A stretch of DNA of 64,000 bases, taken from an uncultured delta proteobacterium (GTDB lineage Bacteria > Desulfobacterota > Binatia > JACPRU01). Shown here one piece after another: positions 51,384 to 60,455 of this stretch. The notes below the pieces were generated by a model, which worked only from the letters and a program-made list of their open reading frames with translations, searched no databases and had not been told where the DNA came from. The DNA is taken from assembly GCA_963745025.1 (NCBI GenBank), contig CAVUWD010000013.1, positions 224,001 to 288,000 on the forward strand, read 5' to 3'. Positions within the stretch are counted from its first letter, which is position 1, and every line of letters begins with the position of its first letter. The translations under genes were made by a program, and so were the position numbers.

Positions 51384-51944
51384 ATGACTCGACGTTCGGT
51401 TTTGTGGATGGCATGCTGTCTGCTCGCCGCCGCATGCGGCCGCGACGCAGGACTCGTCAAGCGGCTCGAGAGCGACAACCCGATCGTGCGGCTCTCGGCG
51501 GCGCGCGAGATTGCGATCTACGCTGCCGCCACTGGGGTTTGGGGAGTGGCCGTATGGGTGCTAAAGGGCGTTCCCGGTTCCTCCGTCACCCGTGTGCTCG
51601 TCGAGCGCCTCCAGGACCCCTTGGCCGAGATCCGCCGGACCGCAGCTCAGGCGCTCGGCAACCTGCACATCCGTGAGGCCAGCGAGCCTCTGGCGGCGGC
51701 GCTGCGAGACGAGGTCCTCACGGTCCGGCTCGAAGCCGTCTCCTCTCTCGGCAAGATCGGTGATCCCCGGGGACTGCAGCCGCTCGCCGCCGTCCTCCGC
51801 GATCCTGAGCTCCAGGCGTCCGCGATCTGGGCGCTCGGCGCGATCGGCGACCGCCGGGCGGTTCCGCTGCTCAAGCCGCTTGCCGAGCACCCCGACGCAG
51901 CGGTCCGCTTGAACGTGCGCCGCGCGCTCGCCAAGCTCGGCTGA
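51384..51944 (+). CDS. HEAT-repeat lipoprotein
   Basis: LAAAC lipobox; repeated A..ALG.IG. Confidence 0.8.
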   Translation: MTRRSVLWMACCLLAAACGRDAGLVKRLESDNPIVRLSAAREIAIYAAATGVWGVAVWVLKGVPGSSVTRVLVERLQDPLAEIRRTAAQALGNLHIREASEPLAAALRDEVLTVRLEAVSSLGKIGDPRGLQPLAAVLRDPELQASAIWALGAIGDRRAVPLLKPLAEHPDAAVRLNVRRALAKLG

Positions 51945-51968
51945 TCCACTGCTGATCTGGGCCTGCGA

Positions 51969-53330
51969 ATGGGTCTCCTCGAGAAACTCTGGCGCGGTCG
52001 GAGGCGACGCCGTGTCTGCGTTCTTGGCCTCGACGGGGTCCCGGTCGGGCTGCTGCGTGAGCTCGCCGCCCGCGGGCAGATGCCCTGCGCCCGGGAGCTC
52101 TTGCAGAGCGGAACACTCGTCCCGATGCTCTCGACGCTGCCTACGATCTCGAGCGTCTCGTGGACGAGCTTCATCACAGGAGTGAATCCCGGCCGCCACG
52201 GGGTCTACGGCTTCACCGACCTGAAGCCGGGCAGCTACGACGTGTACTTCCCGGACTTTCGGGAGGTGAAGAGCCCGACGCTCTGGGACCTCCTCGGCAA
52301 GGAGGGCCGCACGTCGTTCGTCCTGAACGTCCCCGGCACCTATCCGGCCCGGGAGCTGCGCGGCATGATGGTCTCCGGCTTCGTCGCCGTGAACCTCGCG
52401 AGGGCGGTCCATCCGCCCTCGATCCTGCCGACGCTGCAGGGCATGGGGTACAGGATCGACGTCGAGTACGCTCGCGCCGCCGAGGAGCCCGAGAGCTTCT
52501 TCGCGGATCTCGAAAGAACGCTCGCCGCGCGCCGCCAGGCGTTCCTCCATTTCCTCCGGCAGCCCGATTGGGACCTCTTCATCGGCGTGGTCACGGAGAC
52601 CGACCGGCTGCACCATTACTTCTGGGGCGACTACGTCGATCCGACGGCGCCGCGCCACGCAGCGTTCCTCGAGCACTACCGCCAGGTCGATTCACTCGTC
52701 GGCGAGGTGGCGGCGGAGGCGGAGCGCGCCGGTGCCGAGCTCCTCATGGTGTCGGATCACGGCCACTGCCGGATCGAGCAGGAGGTGTATCCGAACGTGT
52801 GGCTGCGCGATGAGGGTTACCTTCGGTTCCGCTCGCCGGTTCCGAAGTCGGTCGCCGACCTGGACCCCGCGTCGCGGGCCTTCGTTCTCGATCCCGGCCG
52901 GATCTATCTGAACGTGCGCGGAAGGTACCCCGGCGGTTGCGTCGAGGAAGCGCAGGCGGAGGGGCTCCGGCTCGAGCTGGCCGAGCGGCTGCGCAATCTC
53001 ACGGATCCAGCAAGCGGCGAGCGGCTGGTCGGCGAGGTGTGGACCAAGGAGCAGCTGTACGCGGGCCCCCAGGTGAACCGCGCCCCGGACCTGGTCCTGC
53101 AATGCAGGAACGGCTTCGACATCAAGGGCGCCGTGGCACGACGGAATCTGGTCGGGAAGATGAAACTCACCGGGATGCATACCTACGACGACTCCGTCTT
53201 CTACGTCCGCGGCCGGTCGGTGGCGCCGGGCGACGTCCGGATCGTCGACATCGCCCCCACGATCCTCGGAATGCTCGGCGTCGACACCCCGCCGACCATG
53301 GACGGCCGCCCGCAGGTGCTCGCGGCATGA
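51969..53330 (+). CDS. AlkP-superfamily (NPP/phosphodiesterase-like) protein 1
   Basis: LGLDG, SSVSWTSFITGVNPGRHG, TDRLHH, SDHG, TGMH, DIAPT. Confidence 0.88.
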   Translation: MGLLEKLWRGRRRRRVCVLGLDGVPVGLLRELAARGQMPCARELLQSGTLVPMLSTLPTISSVSWTSFITGVNPGRHGVYGFTDLKPGSYDVYFPDFREVKSPTLWDLLGKEGRTSFVLNVPGTYPARELRGMMVSGFVAVNLARAVHPPSILPTLQGMGYRIDVEYARAAEEPESFFADLERTLAARRQAFLHFLRQPDWDLFIGVVTETDRLHHYFWGDYVDPTAPRHAAFLEHYRQVDSLVGEVAAEAERAGAELLMVSDHGHCRIEQEVYPNVWLRDEGYLRFRSPVPKSVADLDPASRAFVLDPGRIYLNVRGRYPGGCVEEAQAEGLRLELAERLRNLTDPASGERLVGEVWTKEQLYAGPQVNRAPDLVLQCRNGFDIKGAVARRNLVGKMKLTGMHTYDDSVFYVRGRSVAPGDVRIVDIAPTILGMLGVDTPPTMDGRPQVLAA

Positions 53331-54289
53331 AGGCCGTCACCGTCGACGTCGTCACAGGCTTCCTCGGCAGCGGGAAGACGACGCTCATCAAGCACGTGCT
53401 CGAGAACGGCCTGCAGGGCCGCCGGGTCGCCGTCGTCGTGAACGAGATCGGGGACCTGAACCTCGACGGACGAATCATCGAGGGCGTGAACGTCGACAAG
53501 ATGGTCGAGCTCAGCAACGGCTGCATCTGCTGCTCGATCAGCTACCAGTTCGGCTACGCGATGCAGGAGATCGTCGAGACCACCAAGCCCGAGCTGATCG
53601 TCATCGAGACCAGTGGCGCCGCCGATCCCGGTCCGCTCGTCGACGAGGTGCGCGCCGCAGGCCTGCGAGTGGACGCGGTCATCACCGTCGTCGACGGCGA
53701 GCAGATCCAGCGGTTCTGCAAGGAGAACGTGGTGGCGCGCCACCAGCTAGAGGCAGCCGACTTCCTCGTGCTGAACAAGCGGGACCTGTTGACCCCGCGC
53801 GACCTCGACCGCGTGGGGCGCCTGCTCGGGCGATACAACCGCCGGGCCCTGGTGGTACCGACCGAGTTCGCGCGCGTCTCGACGGACCTCCTGTTCGCGA
53901 CCGGAGTGCGTCGCTTCCGCGACGAGGCGGCCGCGACTGGGCGCCGCGCGAGTCACGATCATCTCGGTGAGGACGAGATCCAGGCCTTCACGTACGAGAC
54001 GGCGGCTCCGCTCGACCGCAAGCGCTTCGAGCGGTTCCTCGCGCGGCTGCCGCACGAACTCTACCGCGCGAAGGGGATCCTCTGCTTTTCCGGCGACGAT
54101 TGGAACTCCATCTTCAGCTACACCTGCGGTCGCTACGACATCGATTGGTTCGTGCGGAAGCAGTCGCTGCCGGCGAAGTCGCAGGCGGTCTTCATCGGCA
54201 AGGGCATTCTGCGGAAGCAGGAGCGCATCCTGGCGGAGCTCGTCGATTGCCAGCTGCGCGAGATCGAGACGCGCAGCGGCGACCGCTGA
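53327..54289 (+). CDS. CobW/COG0523 metallochaperone GTPase
   Basis: GFLGSGKTT, VNEIG, NGCICC, IETSG, LNKRD, YRAKG. Confidence 0.92.
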   Translation: MKAVTVDVVTGFLGSGKTTLIKHVLENGLQGRRVAVVVNEIGDLNLDGRIIEGVNVDKMVELSNGCICCSISYQFGYAMQEIVETTKPELIVIETSGAADPGPLVDEVRAAGLRVDAVITVVDGEQIQRFCKENVVARHQLEAADFLVLNKRDLLTPRDLDRVGRLLGRYNRRALVVPTEFARVSTDLLFATGVRRFRDEAAATGRRASHDHLGEDEIQAFTYETAAPLDRKRFERFLARLPHELYRAKGILCFSGDDWNSIFSYTCGRYDIDWFVRKQSLPAKSQAVFIGKGILRKQERILAELVDCQLREIETRSGDR

Positions 54290-54291
54290 TC

Positions 54292-55419
54292 ATGGAGACC
54301 GCCGGCGATCCGGCGCGGGGCTCGAAGCGACGCATCCTCTTCGTCAACGTCGGCGAGGGCCGGCACGGCTCGACCTACCGCGCGCGCAAGCTCTCGGAGC
54401 TGCTCCGCGCCGGCGGGCGCGACGTGTTCTACGTGGAGTCGAACTACGAGGATACCGAGACATCGTGCTCGATCGCGCAGCCCGACACGACGATCGGCCT
54501 GATCGCCGCCACCGCTCGCCGAGTCCGGCTCTGCTGGCAGAGGGACTACGACGTGCTCTTCCTGCAAAAGCCGTTGCCCCCGACCGGGCCATGCGTGCTC
54601 GTGGCAAAGCTCAGGGGGAAAAAGGTGGCCCTCGACTTCGACGACCTCGACTCGCGCTGGCAGTCGACGGTGGTGCGGCGTAGGCTCACGGCCCTGTGCG
54701 AGCGGTGGATCCCGCGGTGCGCCGACCTGGTCACGACCCACAACCGCTACCTTCGCGAGCACATCGAGCGGACGACGGGCGTGGCAGCGGCTCTCGTGCC
54801 CCAGGGCGTCGATGCGCACCTCTTCGACCCGACGCGCTATGATCGCAGAGCCGAGAAGGAACGCGTGGGCGTCGCCGGAAAGACCGTGTGCTGCTTCCTC
54901 GGCTCGTTCACGGCGGGCAGCGCGCGCGATCTCGACGTGATTCTCCGCGCGGTGGATCTCGCCGCCCGCCGCCGCCGGGACCTCGTGCTGCTCATCATTG
55001 GCGGGGGTGGGCCACTCGAGGATCGCTATCGGCGTTTGATCGGCGAGCTCGGGATCGATGTGCGCATCACCGGGCGGCTGGCTCAGAGCGAGGTCCCGAG
55101 ATTCCTTGCGGCTACCGACCTGGGACTGATATACATGGGGGACGATCCGGCCAACCAAACGCGGATGTCGCTGAAGGTGCTTGAGTACCTAGCCATGGAG
55201 CTGACGGTCGTTGGACGCCTGGTGGGAGCGACGAAGGATGCCTTCGCGCCCTACTGCTTCGCTTGCGGGCCGTCGGAGGGGTCAATGGCGAGCCAAATCG
55301 AAGAGGTGCTCGGCGAGGGAGCACGAAAGCCGAGCGCACGAGAACTCATCTCCCGCGATTACGACTGGCGCGTGATCGGTGCCTCGCTGGAAGAAGCAGT
55401 CAGGAGTATCGAACAGTGA
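54292..55419 (+). CDS. glycosyltransferase family 4
   Basis: DFDD, VPQGVD..F, SLKVLEYLA. Confidence 0.85.
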   Translation: METAGDPARGSKRRILFVNVGEGRHGSTYRARKLSELLRAGGRDVFYVESNYEDTETSCSIAQPDTTIGLIAATARRVRLCWQRDYDVLFLQKPLPPTGPCVLVAKLRGKKVALDFDDLDSRWQSTVVRRRLTALCERWIPRCADLVTTHNRYLREHIERTTGVAAALVPQGVDAHLFDPTRYDRRAEKERVGVAGKTVCCFLGSFTAGSARDLDVILRAVDLAARRRRDLVLLIIGGGGPLEDRYRRLIGELGIDVRITGRLAQSEVPRFLAATDLGLIYMGDDPANQTRMSLKVLEYLAMELTVVGRLVGATKDAFAPYCFACGPSEGSMASQIEEVLGEGARKPSARELISRDYDWRVIGASLEEAVRSIEQ

Positions 55420-56885
55420 AGATCGCGTACCTCGATGGTCCATGGCCGGATTTCGGCCATCGCACGCAGCGTTGGGCTCACAAGAATCCGGGTGGCAACA
55501 TCAACCCGCCGCCCCTCTTCCAGATGTACTCCGCTTCGATCGCCCGGCAGCGAGGGCACGAGGTCGCGCTGTGGGACGCACCGGCGCGCGGCCTCGACTA
55601 CGACGAGCTCCTCGGGCAGGTGGGCGAGTTCGGCCCCGATCTCGTCGTCGTGAACACCTCGACGCCGAGCTTCGATCACGACATGACGCTCGTCCGCAAG
55701 CTCGAGAAGAGCGTGAAGGCGGTGCGCGTGCTGGTCGGCTCTCACGTCTCCGCCCTCCCGGACGACGTGATGGCGAAGCACCCGGAAGTGGACATCATCG
55801 CCACCGGTGAATACGACGACACCATCAGCGACATCGCCGAGAACCTCTCGGACCTCTCGAAGATCGGTGGCGTCGTCTATCGCAAGAGCGGCGGACACGC
55901 GCGCACCGGCGTGCGGCCCCTGATGAAGAATCTCAACGAGCTGCCGTTCCCCGCCTACGACCTGGTGAACGTCAACGATTACCGGGAGTCGATGTTCCCG
56001 GCGCGGAAGAAGCCGATCGCGACCATGTGGACGAGCCGGGGCTGCAACTTCCACTGCAACTTCTGCCTGTTCCCGCAGATCTTCTTCCAGGACCGCATGC
56101 GCATCCGCACCCCGGAGAACATCGTCGCCGAGATCCGCTGGCTGAAGGACAAGTTCGGCGTCCAGTTCTTCTACTTCGAGGACGACAACTTCACGGCTTC
56201 GTGGAAGCGCGTCGAGACGCTCGCGCAGCGCATCATCGACGAGAAGCTGGACATCACCTGGGGATGCCTCTCCAGGACCGACGGCGTCACTCCCGAGCGG
56301 CTCGGGCTGATGAAGGAGTCCGGCTGCTACATCGTCAAGTTCGGCATCGAGACCGGCGTCGAGGAGTTCCTCGAGCACATGGAGAAGTACAACAAGATCA
56401 GTGAGATCGAAAACGCCTTCGAAGTCGCGAAGAAGGTGAACATGGTGACCCACGGAACGGTGATGATCGGCAACGCCGGCGAGACGTGGGACACGATTCG
56501 CCGCACGCGCCAGTTCATCAAGAAGCTCGCGCCGGACTCGGTCCAGTTCAGCGTGTGCACGCCGTTCCCGGGGACCCGCTTCTTCGACGAGTGCAAGGAG
56601 AAGGGCTGGCTCGACTACGAGAAGTGGGAGGACTTCGACGGCGTGACGGGCGGTGCGATCAGCTATCCCGGCCTGTCGAAGCACGACATCCAGCGCGCGG
56701 TGAAGGACTCCTACCTAGACTACTATTCCTCGTTGCCGCACGTCCGGCAGCGCTTCCGGCGGATCCTCTACGGGCCGGAGCGCGGATCGCAGATGATGCG
56801 CAATCTCTGGCTCGCGAAGCGCTTCTTCCGGATGGTTCTCAAGGAGCGTCGGCAGGTGTTGCAGGCGGCTCACGCCAGAGCCTGA
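55416..56885 (+). CDS. B12-binding-domain radical SAM protein 2
   Basis: TSRGCNFHCNFC, FEDDNF, FGIETG, PFPGT; paralog of 44646-46133. Confidence 0.9.
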   Translation: MKIAYLDGPWPDFGHRTQRWAHKNPGGNINPPPLFQMYSASIARQRGHEVALWDAPARGLDYDELLGQVGEFGPDLVVVNTSTPSFDHDMTLVRKLEKSVKAVRVLVGSHVSALPDDVMAKHPEVDIIATGEYDDTISDIAENLSDLSKIGGVVYRKSGGHARTGVRPLMKNLNELPFPAYDLVNVNDYRESMFPARKKPIATMWTSRGCNFHCNFCLFPQIFFQDRMRIRTPENIVAEIRWLKDKFGVQFFYFEDDNFTASWKRVETLAQRIIDEKLDITWGCLSRTDGVTPERLGLMKESGCYIVKFGIETGVEEFLEHMEKYNKISEIENAFEVAKKVNMVTHGTVMIGNAGETWDTIRRTRQFIKKLAPDSVQFSVCTPFPGTRFFDECKEKGWLDYEKWEDFDGVTGGAISYPGLSKHDIQRAVKDSYLDYYSSLPHVRQRFRRILYGPERGSQMMRNLWLAKRFFRMVLKERRQVLQAAHARA

Positions 56886-58615
56886 TGGAGCCAGCGACCC
56901 ACGTCGAGCCCGAGAAGCTGTTCGTTCTCGGGCTCGACGCCGCAACCCTCGACCTGATTCTCCCATGGGTGGAGGAGGGTAAGCTCGCTAACTTCAGCCG
57001 CCTGCTGCGGGAGGGGGCATGGGGTCCACTAGAGTCCACCCTGCACCCGCTGAGCCCGCCTGCGTGGACGTCCTTCATCACCGGTCGCAATCCCGGGAAC
57101 CACGGCATCTACGACTTCGTCGTCCACAAGCCCGGCACGCACGAGCTGATCTACACGAACGGTGGCATGCGCCGCGGAGCGTCGCTCTGGCGCCTGCTCA
57201 GCGATGCCGGGAAGCGCGTCGTGATTCTGAACGTGCCGATGACCTACCCACCCGAGCCGGTCAACGGGCTGCAGGTCTCGGGCTTCGATGCGCCTGGCAT
57301 CGACTCGGACTTCATCCACCCGCGTGCCGCACGTGACGAGATCACGCGCGCGCTCGGCGAGTTCGTCCTCCGGGACTACCCGCAGGGTCACAGTCCGGAG
57401 TCCTTCCTGAGGCAGATCCACGTGATCCTCGACTTTCACCGCCGCCTCACCTTTCACGCGCTCGAACGGTACGAGTGGGACTTCTTCATGGTGGTGTGGA
57501 GTGCGCTCGACCTCGTGCAGCACGGCTACTGGCAGTACATGGACCCGAAGTTCGCGAGCGTGTCGGCGGAAGACCGTGCCCGCTTCGGAAGCGCGATCCA
57601 CGACCTCTACGTGAAAATCGACGGCATCCTCGGCGAGCTGCTCGAGCGCCTACCCAACGGGGCGCGCGTCGCCGTGGTCTCGGATCACGGCGCCGGGCCC
57701 TGCTACAAGGCGATTTTCATCAACAAGTGGCTCGAGTCGCTCGGCTACCTGCGCTACGTGGGGGGCGCCCGGTCGGGCTCGGTCGCCGACCGAGCGAAGA
57801 CGGCGGGGCTTGCGGCGCTGAAGCTCCTCCACGGCGGGATCAAGCGCCACGTCCCTCCGGCGGGTCTGGAATGGCTGAAGCGCAGGTTCCCGGTCCTTCG
57901 CGAGAAGGTCAAGTCGCGCCTGGTTTTCTCCGAGATCGACTGGAGACACACCCGGATTTATTCCTTCGGCCGCGAGAGCACCAACCTCTTCGTGAACCTC
58001 AAGGGGAAGTTGCCGCAGGGTACGGTCGAGCCTGGCGAAGAGTACGAGCGGCTGCGCGAGACGGTGACGCGGCAGCTTGCGGAGCTCCGCGATCCCGACA
58101 CCGGAGAACCGGTGGTCGATCGCGTCTACCGGAAGGAGGAGGTCTACCACGGGGAGTGTTTGGACTTCGCCCCAGACCTGCTCGTGACGTGGCGCGATTC
58201 CACCTACACCTCCTGGCCCGGGTACTCCGACCGAACGCGAGCGATCTTCGAGTCGAGCCTGAACCACAGCGACTACAGTGATTGGTCGAGCCTGCAGAAG
58301 GGCGGGAACCATCGGCGCAGTGGCATCCTCTTCCTTCGCGGCGACGGCGTGCGCGCGGGGCACGCGCTCGCGGGCGCACGCATCATCGACCTCGCGCCGA
58401 CCCTTCTGAACCTCATGGGCGTGCCCGTCCCGTCGGACATGGACGGGATCGTGCTCGCCGACGCGTTCACGGCCGAGTTCCGGACGGCGCATCCGCCGCA
58501 GTACACCGCGGCGAAAGCGCCTCCAGCGCCCCCGGATCGACCGACGAGCGGGTACGACGAGCGCGAGAGCGAGCTGATCGCGACGCGCCTGCGCAGCCTC
58601 GGCTATGTCGACTGA
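56885..58615 (+). CDS. AlkP-superfamily protein 2
   Basis: LGLDAA, SPPAWTSFITGRNPGNHG, DLVQH, SDHG, GNH; C-terminal RLRSLGYVD. Confidence 0.88.
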   Translation: MEPATHVEPEKLFVLGLDAATLDLILPWVEEGKLANFSRLLREGAWGPLESTLHPLSPPAWTSFITGRNPGNHGIYDFVVHKPGTHELIYTNGGMRRGASLWRLLSDAGKRVVILNVPMTYPPEPVNGLQVSGFDAPGIDSDFIHPRAARDEITRALGEFVLRDYPQGHSPESFLRQIHVILDFHRRLTFHALERYEWDFFMVVWSALDLVQHGYWQYMDPKFASVSAEDRARFGSAIHDLYVKIDGILGELLERLPNGARVAVVSDHGAGPCYKAIFINKWLESLGYLRYVGGARSGSVADRAKTAGLAALKLLHGGIKRHVPPAGLEWLKRRFPVLREKVKSRLVFSEIDWRHTRIYSFGRESTNLFVNLKGKLPQGTVEPGEEYERLRETVTRQLAELRDPDTGEPVVDRVYRKEEVYHGECLDFAPDLLVTWRDSTYTSWPGYSDRTRAIFESSLNHSDYSDWSSLQKGGNHRRSGILFLRGDGVRAGHALAGARIIDLAPTLLNLMGVPVPSDMDGIVLADAFTAEFRTAHPPQYTAAKAPPAPPDRPTSGYDERESELIATRLRSLGYVD

Positions 58616-60321
58616 GCGAAAGATCCTCGCGATCGGGCTCGATGCCGCAACCTTCGACCTGATCGACCCGTGGGTGAAGGCGGGCCAGCTTCCCGCCTTT
58701 GGGCGATGCCTCGCCGCAGGCACACGAGCCGATCTCCGCTCCACGCCTTTGTCGAACAGCGCCCAAGCATGGTCCTCGTTCATCACCGGAAAGAACCCCG
58801 GGAAGCACGGAATCTACGACTTCTTCGAGCCGCGGCAGGACGGCTACGGCGTTCGCTTCGTCAACGCGAGCTTTCGAAAGGGAAAGAGCCTGTGGGGGAT
58901 GCTCGGCGAGGCGGGCAAGCGAGTCGTGGTGATCAACGTGCCGATCACCTACCCCGCGGAGGCCGTGAACGGAGTCCTGATCGCGGGTCTCGACGCACCG
59001 GGCGTGGACAGACGCATCGCGCATCCCCCCGAAATTCTGCGCGAGCTCCGGGAGCGCGTCGGGCCCTATCGGGTCGAGGCGGGCGTCTGGGGATTCATGC
59101 GCAACGGCCGCCCGGACCTCGCCCTCGAGGGGCTCCTCGAGACGATCGAGTCGCGCGCCGCGACGGCGAAGTACCTGATGGCACGCGAGCCGTGGGACTT
59201 CTTCCAGGTCGTCTTCACCGAGACGGACAAGGTGCAGCACCATTTCTGGAAGTACGTGGATCCCAGCCGTGCGGCGAGCGTGCCGCCCGAGGAGCGGCGC
59301 TACGGCGAGGCGATCTTCAGGGTGTACCAGCGGCTCGACGAGGTCATCGGCGAGCTCTGCGCTCTGGCTCCGGCGGACGTCACGGTGCTTTTGATGTCGG
59401 ACCACGGAGCGGGACCGTCGAGCCATCGCACGCTCTACATAAACCGCTGGCTCGCGCACGAGGGCTTCCTCACGTACCGGGAGCCGGGAGGTGGGCGCGG
59501 CGCCGCGGCGACACTCCTCGACGGGGCGCTCCGGGGCAGCGATCTGTTCCTCAAGAAGGTGCTCCCGCGACGCGCCAAGGAGCACCTCCTTCGCCTCTTC
59601 CCCGGCGTACGCGACCGGGTGGACTCGATGCTGCAGCTCGGCGGCATCGACTGGTCGCAGACAGTCGCCTACTCGCGCGAGAACCATCCCGCGATCTTCA
59701 TCAACCGTAAGGGCCGGGAGCCTGGCGGCATCGTCGAGCCCGGCGAGCCGACCCTGCGGGTCCGTCAAGAGATCGTGGACCGCCTCCTCGGGCTGCGCTG
59801 CGCCGAGAGCGGCGAGCCGATCGTCGACCGAGTCACCTTCGGGGAGGAGGTCTTCCACGGGCCCGAGTCGTGGCGCGGTCCGGACATCCTGTTCTCCTTC
59901 CGCGGCCACGCGTACGTGCAGCGACCGACCGGCCCGGACCGGCGCGACGGATTCTTGAAGCTACTGACGCCTGCTGAGCGCGAGCGCGCGGAGATCACCG
60001 ACCGGCCGAGCGGCATCCATCGCGACCTCGGCGTGTTCGTGGCCGCCGGGCCCGCGATTCCGGCGTCCCGCGAGATCGGGTGCGTCGACCTGTTCGACGT
60101 GACGCCGACTATCCTCTACCTGCTCGGTGTTCCCGTTCCGGACGACATGGACGGCCGAGTGCTCGTCGAGCTGTTCGCCCCCGCGTTCGTCGAGGCGAAC
60201 CCCGTCCGCATCGCGCCGAGCGGCCCGACCGTGTCGGGCGACCGGCACGCCGAGCGCGTTCGAGGAGGACGAGGAGCGGATCATCCGGGAGCGCCTCGAG
60301 GGCCTCGGCTACATCGACTGA
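58605..60321 (+). CDS. AlkP-superfamily protein 3 (one frameshift near 60250)
   Basis: IGLDAA, SAQAWSSFITGKNPGKHG, TDKVQH, SDHG, SGIH; the true C-terminus EEDEERIIRERLEGLGYID* lies in another frame. Confidence 0.85.
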
Positions 60322-60332
60322 GGCGACGCGCC

Positions 60333-60455
60333 GTGAGCACCGCCCGACCTTTGATCCTCCTCGGCATCGACGGAGGGACCCTGGACCTGGTCCTGCCGTG
60401 GGTGGACGAGAAGCACATCCGCGAGTACCTGCGCGGGCTGGGATACACGGATTGA
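60333..60455 (+). CDS. 40-aa mini-paralog of AlkP proteins (N-terminal strand + LGY tail)
   Basis: VSTARPLILLGIDGGTLDLVLPWVDEKHIREYLRGLGYTD*; TTGA overlap with the next gene. Confidence 0.65.
   Translation: MSTARPLILLGIDGGTLDLVLPWVDEKHIREYLRGLGYTD

Noticed and set aside
58605-60455. 616-aa AlkP ORF as a real fusion with a duplicated N-terminus
   Set aside because: A frameshift near 60250 causes read-through into the separate mini-ORF; the proper LGYID terminus ends at 60321
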